This document shows, piece by piece, positions 6,123-14,810 of a stretch of DNA of 21,493 nt (its first letter is position 1; the number at the start of each line of letters is the position of its first letter). This DNA is from a candidate division WOR-3 bacterium. Its GTDB lineage: Bacteria; Hydrothermota; Tepidihabitantia; Tepidihabitantales; Tepidihabitantaceae. Made by a program: the position numbers and the translations under genes. The notes beneath the pieces were generated by a model that did no database searches, was not told the origin of the DNA, and saw nothing but the letters and a program-made list of their open reading frames with translations. The stretch spans positions 1 through 21,493 of the forward strand of contig JBDRUH010000005.1 in the NCBI GenBank assembly GCA_039801225.1. Reading direction: 5' to 3'.

Positions 6123-9059
6123 ATGGAGAGAGTCACTAACCGTTTTGCGGTTGATCCAATCCTTGACATTTTAAAAAGAAAACTTGAGACCCGGGGCAGG
6201 GTCTTTTTGGCAACGGTACCGCTTTCGGTTCAGGCACTACTGGCGGGCTGGGCAGCCGAGATTTTTAAACTACCGGTAGTTTTGGTGATGCCCGATGTCC
6301 AGAGTGCTGAGATTGCTCTTAATGATGTCGCCACATTTTACCCCCAAATGCCGACAATCCTCTTTTCGCCCGACTCCTTCGCCGTGTGGCAAAATTTAAA
6401 AGAACTTACCCGCCAGCCGCTAATAATTTTAGCCGCCCGGTCAGACCTTGAGGCGCCGGCACCGCAATGGACCGAAGAGGGAAACATTATTCTCCTTAAA
6501 CAAGGTGACCAGCTGTTAATGGCAAAGCTCCTCAACTGGTTGGAGGAAAAGGGCTACGAAAGGGTTGACCTGGTAACCGAGCCCGGGGAATACGCCAGCC
6601 GGGGAGGGATTATTGACATATTTCCGGAAGAGGGCGATTTACCGTTAAGGGTTGAATTTGCTGACGAGGTGCTTGTTTCGCTGCGTCAGTTTGAGCCGCT
6701 TACCCAGCGCTCCATTCGCACCTTGACTGAGGCAAAGATTTTTACCCGCCTCACTGAGAGAGGCGACTTACCAGCAAAACTGCTTTTGCCCGGTGATTCT
6801 CTGGTGATTACCGAAGGGTATGAACTGACCAGCACATTTAAGATAAACCTGACATCGGCGGCAGAGGCGGAGATCATTCTGCCCTATCAACCGGTCGGCA
6901 GTTATCTGGGCAATTTAAACCTTTTGCGCACCGAGATAGAAAACTCCCCCTTGGAGTACTTCATCGTTACCGCCTCTCAATATCACCGCAACCGTCTCGC
7001 CACCCTCTTGGGAGAAAAGCCGGAGTATTTGACCGGCGAGTTAAGCACTGGCTTTGTCAACCAGTCCCAGGGCTGGGTGGTTTTAACCGAGCGGGAGATA
7101 TACGGCACTTTAATAAAAAGAAGTCAACGGCGCCGGTTTAAAGGGGTGCCGATTGACAGCCTTGTCGGTCTGCGTCCGGGTGATTATGTTGTCCACATTG
7201 ACTACGGGGTAGGGGTCTTTTGCGGCACGGAATCGCTTGACTGCGCCGGGGTGAAAAAAGATTATTTGGTTTTGCAGTATCAGGGCAACGACCGGGTTTA
7301 TCTCCCGGTAGAGAATCTCGGGCTAATTGACCGTTATATCGCTAGTGACGACCAGCCACCAAATCTTGACCGGTTGGGCGGTCGTTCCTGGCTCGCAGCC
7401 AAAGCCCGTGCCGCCCGGGCCAGTGCCGAATATGCCCAAGAACTGATTGCGACCTATGCCCGGCGACAAATTGCCCGAACTGCGCCACTACCGGACAATT
7501 CACCCTGGATTGACGAACTCGCCGCTGATTTCCCTTATGAGGAGACGCCCGATCAGTTAAGGGCGCTCGCCGATACCAGTGCCGACCTAATGAGCACCAA
7601 ACCGATGGACCGGCTGGTCTGCGGCGATGTCGGCTTTGGTAAAACCGAAATCGCCCTGCGCGCCGCATTCCAGACGGCAATCAACTTCAAACAAGTAGCA
7701 CTCTTGGTGCCCACCACCGTCCTCTGCTATCAGCACTACACCACCTTCCGCCGCCGTTTGGAAAAGTTCCCTTTGCGGATTGAGATGCTTTCCCGCTTCA
7801 TCCCGCCCAAAAAGCAGCAAGAGGTCCTCCTAGGACTGAAAAATGGCACCATTGACATTGTCATTGGCACCCATTACCTCCTCAATCCCAGAGTTCAGTT
7901 TCGTGACCTGGGGCTTTTAATCATTGATGAAGAGCAACGGTTTGGCGTAAAACAGAAGGAACGAATTCGCCAGTTAAAGGCGGATGTCAACTGCCTTTAC
8001 CTATCGGCAACACCCATCCCGCGCACCCTCTATATGGCGCTTGCCGGTCTTAAGGACATATCGCCGATCCATACCCCGCCTCCTGGCAGAAAAGAAGTAT
8101 TAACCGAAGTGGCGGAATGGCAAGAGCAACTCATCCGAACTTATGTCTGCCGGGAGTTAAACCGGAATGGTCAGGTCTTCTTTGTCCACAACGAGATTAA
8201 GAGCCTGAAGATGGTTGAGACGCGACTGCGCCGGATTTTGCCCGATGTGGAGATTGTGGTGGCACACGGCAAAATCCCTCCCCGGCGCCTGGCAGAAATT
8301 TACCTTGACTTTGCCAGTGGAAAATACCAACTGCTTCTTTCCACCGCCATAATTGAATCAGGTATTGACCTACCAAATGTCAATACCATTATTGTCAACC
8401 GGGCAGAGCGTTTCGGTCTGGCTGACCTCCACCAACTGCGCGGTCGGGTCGGTCGTTCCTCAAAACAGGCTTATGCGCTGTTCCTGGTGTCCAGTCGTCA
8501 AGAGATGACCGCCGAGGCACGAAAGAGGCTTTCTGCCCTCTTGGCATATGCCCAGTTGGGTGCTGGCTACCGCCTGGCATTAAGGGATATGGAAATTCGC
8601 GGGGTGGGTAACATCTTGGGCACTGAGCAGCACGGCCACATCGCCCGGGTGGGTTTCAATTTATACACCCAGATGCTGCGTGAGGCGGTTGCCAAAATAA
8701 AAGGGGAAGAACTGCCGGTTGAGCCGAAATTGGAACTTGAACTGCCGACCTATATTCCAGAGAATTACATTTCCGACTCGTTTCAGCGGGTGGCTATTTA
8801 TAGAAGACTTTTAACGGTTACATCCGAGGAGGAGTTAAAAGAACTGAAGGCAGAACTTTTGGACCGCTTCGGTCGCTACCCTCCCGAGGTGGAAAATCTG
8901 TTCACCATCGCCCAAATTCGGCTCCTTTGCCGGCGGCTTGGTGTTCTCTCAGTAAATTTAAAGGAAAGCCGTTCAACCGTTCTAACCGCCGAGCGCACCT
9001 TTACCATCTCTGGTGGTCTGCCGCAACTACTTGAGTTCCTCAGCCACTTCAGGTGCTAA
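6123..9059 (+). CDS. mfd: Transcription-repair coupling factor
   Basis: UvrB-like RGGIIDIFP, CarD/RID-like PGDYVVHIDYGVG, SF2 motifs CGDVGFGKTE, DEEQRFG, SATPIPR, QLRGRVGR, TRG motif RDMEIRGVGNILG and a C-terminal ELLDRFG. Confidence 0.97.
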   Translation: MERVTNRFAVDPILDILKRKLETRGRVFLATVPLSVQALLAGWAAEIFKLPVVLVMPDVQSAEIALNDVATFYPQMPTILFSPDSFAVWQNLKELTRQPLIILAARSDLEAPAPQWTEEGNIILLKQGDQLLMAKLLNWLEEKGYERVDLVTEPGEYASRGGIIDIFPEEGDLPLRVEFADEVLVSLRQFEPLTQRSIRTLTEAKIFTRLTERGDLPAKLLLPGDSLVITEGYELTSTFKINLTSAAEAEIILPYQPVGSYLGNLNLLRTEIENSPLEYFIVTASQYHRNRLATLLGEKPEYLTGELSTGFVNQSQGWVVLTEREIYGTLIKRSQRRRFKGVPIDSLVGLRPGDYVVHIDYGVGVFCGTESLDCAGVKKDYLVLQYQGNDRVYLPVENLGLIDRYIASDDQPPNLDRLGGRSWLAAKARAARASAEYAQELIATYARRQIARTAPLPDNSPWIDELAADFPYEETPDQLRALADTSADLMSTKPMDRLVCGDVGFGKTEIALRAAFQTAINFKQVALLVPTTVLCYQHYTTFRRRLEKFPLRIEMLSRFIPPKKQQEVLLGLKNGTIDIVIGTHYLLNPRVQFRDLGLLIIDEEQRFGVKQKERIRQLKADVNCLYLSATPIPRTLYMALAGLKDISPIHTPPPGRKEVLTEVAEWQEQLIRTYVCRELNRNGQVFFVHNEIKSLKMVETRLRRILPDVEIVVAHGKIPPRRLAEIYLDFASGKYQLLLSTAIIESGIDLPNVNTIIVNRAERFGLADLHQLRGRVGRSSKQAYALFLVSSRQEMTAEARKRLSALLAYAQLGAGYRLALRDMEIRGVGNILGTEQHGHIARVGFNLYTQMLREAVAKIKGEELPVEPKLELELPTYIPENYISDSFQRVAIYRRLLTVTSEEELKELKAELLDRFGRYPPEVENLFTIAQIRLLCRRLGVLSVNLKESRSTVLTAERTFTISGGLPQLLEFLSHFRC

Positions 9060-9464
9060 ACCGGCGATTTCCAGCCGCCGTCCTTTGGGTAAAACCCAAA
9101 TCCGAATTCGCACCGTTTTTTCGGGCAAAAGACCTTCTGCCTTTTCCGCCCATTCTATCAAACACACCCCATCACCGCCGATGTAAGAGTCAATGCCAAT
9201 TTCGGTAAACTCCTCGGGTAAATTAATCCGGTAGAGGTCAATATGATAAACCGGCATTCTGCCCTGGTATTCGGTTACGATAACAAAAGAGGGGCTCTTC
9301 ACCATTTCCTTTACCCCTAACCCCCGGGCAAAACCCTTTATCATTGTCGTCTTGCCACTCCCCAGTTCTCCGTAAAACGCCACCACCGCACCTGGCTTTA
9401 AGAATTTTGCCAGGCGTTCCCCTAAAAGGATGGTTGCTTCGGCGTTAGTTGTTTCAAAAACCAA
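9027..9464 (-). CDS. tsaE: tRNA threonylcarbamoyladenosine biosynthesis ATPase
   Basis: GELGSGKTT Walker A, VKSPSF, HIDLYR, LIEWAE. TTG start. Its 3' end overlaps the convergent mfd by 33 nt. Confidence 0.95.
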   Translation of the reverse strand: MVFETTNAEATILLGERLAKFLKPGAVVAFYGELGSGKTTMIKGFARGLGVKEMVKSPSFVIVTEYQGRMPVYHIDLYRINLPEEFTEIGIDSYIGGDGVCLIEWAEKAEGLLPEKTVRIRIWVLPKGRRLEIAGLAPEVAEELK

Positions 9465-9469
9465 TGTCC

Positions 9470-10666
9470 TTATACCATTTCAATACTCATTGCCACCGCT
9501 TCACCACCACCCAGGCAGATAGCGGCCAATCCCTTTTTCAGATTGCGCGCCTTCAAGGCATAAATCAGGGTGGTAAGAATTCTTGCCCCGGAGCAGCCAA
9601 TCGGATGACCGAGGGCAATTGCACCACCATTGACATTGACCTTATTCCAATCCCAGCCCAGTTCTTTGCCATCGGCGAGCACCTGACTGGCAAACGCCTC
9701 ATTGATCTCAATCAAATCAAAGTGGTCAATGCCAACACCCTGCACCTTTAATAGCGTCTGCACCGCCTTAATCGGCGCATAGAAAAGCAGCTTTGGTTCA
9801 ACACTGCCGGTAGCATAGGCAATGACCCTGGCTAATGGTGTCAGTCTGTGTTCTTTAACATAAGCCTCACTGGCGATGACCAGCGCTGCCGCGCCGTCAT
9901 TAATAGACGATGCGTTACCCGCGGTAACCGTGCCATCCTTGGTAAAGACCGGTTTTAAGGAGGCGAGTTTTTCCAGGGTGGTATCGGCGCGGGGACCCTC
10001 ATCGGTGTCAAACACTACCGGCTCGCCCTTTTTCTGAGGTATCAAAACCGGGGCAATCTCCTCCTTGAACCTGCCCTCCTTGATTGCTGCCACCGCATTC
10101 TGATGGCTCCTGAGCGCCCATTTGTCCTGCTCCTCCCTGGTTATTCCGGAGTTTTTTGCGGTGAAGTCGCCCAGTTCACCCATATGGACATCGCCAAAAT
10201 AGTCCCAGATGCCGTCATAAATCATCCCATCCTGCAACTGGGCATCACCCATCTTCTGCCCCTGACGGAGATTTTTCAGATAATACGGGACATTGGACAT
10301 TGACTCCTGGCCCCCGGCAACAACTACCTGGGCATCGCCTGCCTTGATCTGTTGGCAGGCTATAGCAACTGCAATCATCCCGGAGCCACAGACCTTGTTC
10401 ACGGTGAGCGCCGGGATTTCCGGTGACAGCCCGGCCTTGATTGCCGCCTGCCTTGCCGGTGCCTGACCGATTCCTGCCGGGCAGACATTGCCCATAATCA
10501 CACCGGCAACATCATTAGGATTAACACCCGACCGCTCTATTGCCGCCTTAATCGCCACCGCACCCAGTTCTGGCGCCCGCAAAGAGGCAAGTCCGCCTAA
10601 AAACCTGCCGACAGGGGTGCGTGCCGCACCGACGATAAATGTGTCCTTTGCCTTACCAATAGTCAT
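9470..10666 (-). CDS. atoB: Acetyl-CoA C-acetyltransferase (thiolase)
   Basis: NKVCGSG, NEAFA, GHPIG and CLGGG catalytic motifs. Start placed at ATG 10666 (SD AAAGGAG) rather than the track's 10690. Confidence 0.93.
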   Translation of the reverse strand: MTIGKAKDTFIVGAARTPVGRFLGGLASLRAPELGAVAIKAAIERSGVNPNDVAGVIMGNVCPAGIGQAPARQAAIKAGLSPEIPALTVNKVCGSGMIAVAIACQQIKAGDAQVVVAGGQESMSNVPYYLKNLRQGQKMGDAQLQDGMIYDGIWDYFGDVHMGELGDFTAKNSGITREEQDKWALRSHQNAVAAIKEGRFKEEIAPVLIPQKKGEPVVFDTDEGPRADTTLEKLASLKPVFTKDGTVTAGNASSINDGAAALVIASEAYVKEHRLTPLARVIAYATGSVEPKLLFYAPIKAVQTLLKVQGVGIDHFDLIEINEAFASQVLADGKELGWDWNKVNVNGGAIALGHPIGCSGARILTTLIYALKARNLKKGLAAICLGGGEAVAMSIEMV

Positions 10667-10668
10667 TT

Positions 10669-11451
10669 TTACTCCTTTCTTTTTTCCCAATCTGGTTTTC
10701 TCTTTTCCAAAAATGCCCTTGTTCCCTCTCCTGGCTCCTCAGTGGCAAAACACAAACCAAACGCCTCAATTTCATAGGCACAGCCGGTTGTCAGGTCGGT
10801 GTCCAGCCCGTGGTTGATTGCGCTCTTGGCAAGCCGAACCGCAGCCGGACCCTTTTCGGCAATCTTTTGGGCAAGGGAATCAACAAAGGGGATTAGTTCC
10901 TCAGGCTTGACAATTTTGTTCACAAGACCGATGCGAAAAGCCTCACTGGCATCAATATTTTCACCGGTAAAGATTAACTCCTTGGCTAATCCTGGTCCGA
11001 TAAGCCGGGCGAGACGCTGGGTTCCGCCAAAGCCGGGCAAGAGCCCTAAATTCACCTCCGGCTGACCAATCTTTGCTCCTTCGGCCATTACCCGGATGTC
11101 GCAGGCAAGTGCCAATTCACAACCGCCACCCAAGGCAAAACCGTTGATCGCGGCAATCACCACCTTCTCAATATTGGCAATCTTGGCAAGACAGCGATGT
11201 CCATTCTGAGCAAAGGCGCGCGCCTCAACCGGAGAGAATTTTGTCATCTCGGCAATATCGGCACCGGCAATAAACGCCTTTCCCTCACCGGTCAGGACAA
11301 TCACTCGGACATCCGCATCCTTTGATAGAGAATCAAGCAACCGCTCAATCTCAAGGACCATCTCGGTGTTCAGAGCGTTCACTGGCGGTCTATTGAACCG
11401 GACCCAGAAAATATATTCCGACCTTTCTGTTTTCAGATACTTAAACTCCAT
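10669..11451 (-). CDS. crt: Enoyl-CoA hydratase (crotonase family)
   Basis: AFIAGADI, GFALGGGCELALACD and GQPEVNLG...PGFGGTQRL, with both catalytic Glu. SD CAGGAGG. Adjacent to thiolase. Confidence 0.9.
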   Translation of the reverse strand: MEFKYLKTERSEYIFWVRFNRPPVNALNTEMVLEIERLLDSLSKDADVRVIVLTGEGKAFIAGADIAEMTKFSPVEARAFAQNGHRCLAKIANIEKVVIAAINGFALGGGCELALACDIRVMAEGAKIGQPEVNLGLLPGFGGTQRLARLIGPGLAKELIFTGENIDASEAFRIGLVNKIVKPEELIPFVDSLAQKIAEKGPAAVRLAKSAINHGLDTDLTTGCAYEIEAFGLCFATEEPGEGTRAFLEKRKPDWEKRKE

Positions 11452-11473
11452 TTTTCCTCCTGTTTAGACTTTT

Positions 11474-11501
11474 ACTATATTAAACTTCTTAATCTGGTCA
11501 A
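11474..11501 (-). promoter_or_regulatory. Sigma70-like promoter for crt-thiolase-tsaE
   Basis: TTGACC-N16-TATAGT upstream of SD CAGGAGG. Confidence 0.7.
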
Positions 11502-11513
11502 GAAATCAATTTC

Positions 11514-11572
11514 TCCGTAGTCCGTGCTCTGTGGTCTGTGACCGTGAACTTGGACGGATGACGGAAAACGGT
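11514..11572. repeat. Degenerate 7-bp repeats in inverted arrangement downstream of addA
   Basis: TCCGTAG TCCGTGC TCTGTGG TCTGTGA, followed by GGACGGA TGACGGA AAACGGT. TCCGT and ACGGA are complementary. Confidence 0.6.
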
Positions 11573-11583
11573 GGGCAGGTTGG

Positions 11584-14500
11584 CTAATCGCCGGTGGGCA
11601 CAAGGAAGGGGATATGGGTGAAAATGAGGAAGGTCTTCACCACCTTGTTAGGGAAAAGTTCCTCACAGGCACGGGCATAGTATTGCAGTTGACCGGTATG
11701 GTACTCTTCTTTCAGTAAGGGAATATCACCCCTTTTTACCGGGAAGGTTTTGTAGTCGTAGATGCAGACCTCATCCTGTTTGATGATAACCCGGTCAATC
11801 CTGCCGGTCCAGATGGTTTTGCCATCGTTAAAGACAATCGGTAGTTCGGTGTAGGAGTTCTCCTGGGGTTTGACTATCTCCCAGATGGGTGATTTCTGTA
11901 ACCCGAGGAGTTGGCGTTTGATCTCCTGGATAAACTCTTCATGCTTTTCCTTTGGGATGCCGTTGAGGCGGAAAAGCCTGAGGATTTCCTGAATAAGGGG
12001 CTGTAATGTGGAATGTGGAAGGTGGAAGGCGGAAGGCGGAATCTTAAGTCTGTTAAGGGAGATGAGTTCCAGAAGGCGATGGAGCACTTCACCGAGGGCG
12101 ATGTATTCGCCGGTGTGGCGGTGGAAGTCCTGAGGTGTGTTACGGGTGACCGAGCGGACTTGAGGGGGCGGAACAGGCTGAATCGGTCCGGTCTTGATTT
12201 CCGGTGCTGGTTTCTCTTTAGCGAGAAAAGTAAGCGGTCTGGGGCGAGGAAGTTCACTGGCGTTTATACAGGTTACCCCGGGGATTTCATAACCGAGGAT
12301 AAATTTTGGGTTCTCATTGGTGATGTTGAGACACTCTTTGAGCCATTTCAGGCGAGTTTTGTCTTTTATGGTTTTCTCATTCCAAATACCGGTGAGGAAT
12401 AAAGCGTCCTGTGCCCGGGTGCAGGCGACATAAAATACCCTTTTTTCCTCTTCATCCTCCTTTAACTGATACTCCTGAAAGAGTCGGTCCGAGTCCCTTA
12501 TCTCTTTTTCGGGAATATATGATACCAAAACCTCGTCTGGTTGCCGTTCTTCAATCAAGAGTTCATCACCCCGGCGATAGTGAGTGGGTTTTAGTGGTTC
12601 GTGGAGTCCGGGGTGGAACACAATCGGAAACTGGAGTCCTTTGGCGTTGTGGACGGTCATTATCTGCACGGCATTCATCCCGATGGTGGTAACATCCGCT
12701 TTTGACTCATCCTTTTCGTTTTGGAATTGGTTCAAAAGATTTCTGATCCGAAGCGGATGCGCGCCCCGACTTTCCTCCTCCTGAATTATCCGCAGGAATT
12801 TGTTGATGTTTGCCTGGCGCTGTGGTTCCCAGAATATCTTGTAGAGTTTGCGCTCGGTGAGGGCATCTTCAATAATTAATGAAAGCGGTTCATAACCAAC
12901 CCGGCTTAACCAGCGGTTAAGAGTGGCAACCGCGGCGCCAATTTGCCCCCGAACTCCCGCAACAGACTGAAGTCGTTCAAAGAGGAAATAGCCTTCCGTT
13001 TTCAGAGTAGCGAGCAATAGTTCGCGCTCGGGAATGTTGAAGAACGGTCCGCGCAGGATGAGGTAAAGAGAGAGGTCGTCGCCCGGGTCAACAAGAAATG
13101 AGGTGAGTGCCAAAAGGTAACGAACCTCTTTTTCCTGATAAAAACCGGTGCCCCGGACGACAATGAAGGGGATGTTTAATTCTCTCAGTGCCTGTTCCAA
13201 TGCCGGTAAATAGTTGCGATTACGGATGAGAATGGCGATGTCCGAGTATTTACACCGGCGCGGTTTTTCGCTTTTATCAGGCTGGCGTTCAAATATCTCG
13301 TAGCCTTCAGTGACAAGGGTTTGAATCCGGCGGGCAACATTTTGCGAATCTTTAAGCCGTTTTTCTGCAGCACTACCTTTAAATTCTTCAAGGATAATTT
13401 CCACCCGTCCCGGGTGGTCATTATTTCTCTTTCGTTCAAAGGGGGCGTATCTGGTGCGCCAGGGTGGGGAGTTTTCCGGGGCAACCATCAACCGGGAGAA
13501 AAGGGTGTTGTTAAAGTCAATTATTGCCTGAAGGGAGCGATAGTTTTCCTTAAGTTCCTGCCGCTTTAATTTTCCCTCTCCCAGCCAGTTTTGCAGTTTT
13601 TCTGCCGCCGAGGCAAAAACCTCCACCTTGGCATCGCGAAACATATAGATTGACTGCTTATCGTCGCCCACGATAAAGATGGTCGGGGTGATATTGCGGG
13701 CGGGTTTTATGCCTTCGCCGGAACGCCACTCTTCGGTCAGTTTATCAATTATTCCCCACTGGAGAAAAGAGGTGTCCTGGAACTCATCCACTAACAAATG
13801 GTCGGTGTGTTCATCAAAGGCAAAAAGGATGTTTAAGCACTCCGGATGCTCGGTTAGCAACTTATAGGCGAGAAACTCCATATCATTATAATCAACCTGT
13901 CCCAGTTCCTCTTTGAGTCTTAGATAGGTTTTTAGAAACCTCTCGGCAAAGATGCGAAACTGAATAGCAAACTGGAAGTTTGCCAGCGCCACCTTCAGCA
14001 AGCGATAATAATTGACCATTAATTCGTTCCACTCTCGTTCTCTTGTTGAGGCGCCTTGCTTTCTGGGGGCGCCGTTCTTGGTAGCGAAGACTTCCAGATG
14101 TTGTTCTAAAATACGGCAAACATTCTCTAATTGTTTTTGTTCAAAGATTTTCGGGAATAGTTGGTGGTAGTGGGGAATTTTTGCGTTACCTATAGGATGG
14201 TTTTTAAGTTGTTCTTGAGCCGCCTGGAGTTTTTTTAAGACCTCGCGCGGTGAAATTAGTTTGCCGCGCAAAAGACTATTGCGTTTTTCAAACAGGTTGT
14301 CAAGGAAGGCGGCGAGGCTATCCCAGATCTGGGTATGTTCGGATGAGAGCAGGCGCAATAAGGTTTGGTAGTCTTCGGAGGCTCTTTCCTTTTCCGCGAT
14401 TTGCATCAGAGTTTCATATTTTGCCTGACGCCAGAGGTTGCTGGGGTCGGTTAATGCCTCCAGCCCGGGTTCAAGACCCAGAAGGTCGGCAAATTTTCTT

Positions 14501-14808
14501 ACCAGGGAAAAGCAGAAGGAATGAATGGTGGAGATGCGTAACTTGAGGATGTTTTCCCTTAAGGTTTGATAGACTTCGGGAAACTTCTTTTTGGCGTTAG
14601 AAAGAATTCGCTCCTTCATCTCTGCCGCCGCCTTTTCGGTAAAGGTGAGGGTGAGAATGCGTTCCGGTTTCACACCGGCTTGGATGAGTTCAATATATTT
14701 CTGGCTCAACAGTTCGGTTTTACCGGAGCCGGCCGGGGCAAACACAATTTGACTACTCAATGGGGCTGTCGGGTGTCGGCTGTTGGCTGTTGGCTGCCAA
14801 GAACCCAT
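11584..14808 (-). CDS. addA: AddA-like ATP-dependent helicase/nuclease
   Basis: UvrD-type motifs APAGSGKT, LTFTEKAAAEM, TIHSFC, VDEFQDT, VGDDKQSIY, ENYRS, MTVHNAKGL and RVFYVACTRA, plus a C-terminal RecB-type nuclease GRIDRV...YDYKT. Start uncertain (14838, 14808 or 14760). Confidence 0.9.
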   Translation of the reverse strand: MGSWQPTANSRHPTAPLSSQIVFAPAGSGKTELLSQKYIELIQAGVKPERILTLTFTEKAAAEMKERILSNAKKKFPEVYQTLRENILKLRISTIHSFCFSLVRKFADLLGLEPGLEALTDPSNLWRQAKYETLMQIAEKERASEDYQTLLRLLSSEHTQIWDSLAAFLDNLFEKRNSLLRGKLISPREVLKKLQAAQEQLKNHPIGNAKIPHYHQLFPKIFEQKQLENVCRILEQHLEVFATKNGAPRKQGASTREREWNELMVNYYRLLKVALANFQFAIQFRIFAERFLKTYLRLKEELGQVDYNDMEFLAYKLLTEHPECLNILFAFDEHTDHLLVDEFQDTSFLQWGIIDKLTEEWRSGEGIKPARNITPTIFIVGDDKQSIYMFRDAKVEVFASAAEKLQNWLGEGKLKRQELKENYRSLQAIIDFNNTLFSRLMVAPENSPPWRTRYAPFERKRNNDHPGRVEIILEEFKGSAAEKRLKDSQNVARRIQTLVTEGYEIFERQPDKSEKPRRCKYSDIAILIRNRNYLPALEQALRELNIPFIVVRGTGFYQEKEVRYLLALTSFLVDPGDDLSLYLILRGPFFNIPERELLLATLKTEGYFLFERLQSVAGVRGQIGAAVATLNRWLSRVGYEPLSLIIEDALTERKLYKIFWEPQRQANINKFLRIIQEEESRGAHPLRIRNLLNQFQNEKDESKADVTTIGMNAVQIMTVHNAKGLQFPIVFHPGLHEPLKPTHYRRGDELLIEERQPDEVLVSYIPEKEIRDSDRLFQEYQLKEDEEEKRVFYVACTRAQDALFLTGIWNEKTIKDKTRLKWLKECLNITNENPKFILGYEIPGVTCINASELPRPRPLTFLAKEKPAPEIKTGPIQPVPPPQVRSVTRNTPQDFHRHTGEYIALGEVLHRLLELISLNRLKIPPSAFHLPHSTLQPLIQEILRLFRLNGIPKEKHEEFIQEIKRQLLGLQKSPIWEIVKPQENSYTELPIVFNDGKTIWTGRIDRVIIKQDEVCIYDYKTFPVKRGDIPLLKEEYHTGQLQYYARACEELFPNKVVKTFLIFTHIPFLVPTGD
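12004..12038. repeat. Five degenerate 7-bp tandem units inside addA
   Basis: TAATGTG GAATGTG GAAGGTG GAAGGCG GAAGGCG, translated as PPSAFHLPHSTL. Confidence 0.85.
14762..14796. repeat. Five degenerate 7-bp tandem units at the addB/addA junction
   Basis: GGGGCTG TCGGGTG TCGGCTG TTGGCTG TTGGCTG. Confidence 0.85.
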
Positions 14809-14810
14809 AA

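Noticed and set aside
5930..6169. 79-aa minus-strand ORF from the track
   Set aside because: It is the antisense shadow of the Lys-rich microprotein. The expression signals are on the plus strand.
6163..6190. TTGACA inside the start of mfd
   Set aside because: No -10 box at 16-18 bp spacing.
9027..9059. Convergent 33-nt overlap of mfd and tsaE
   Set aside because: Short convergent overlaps are common in compact genomes, and nothing more specific is visible.
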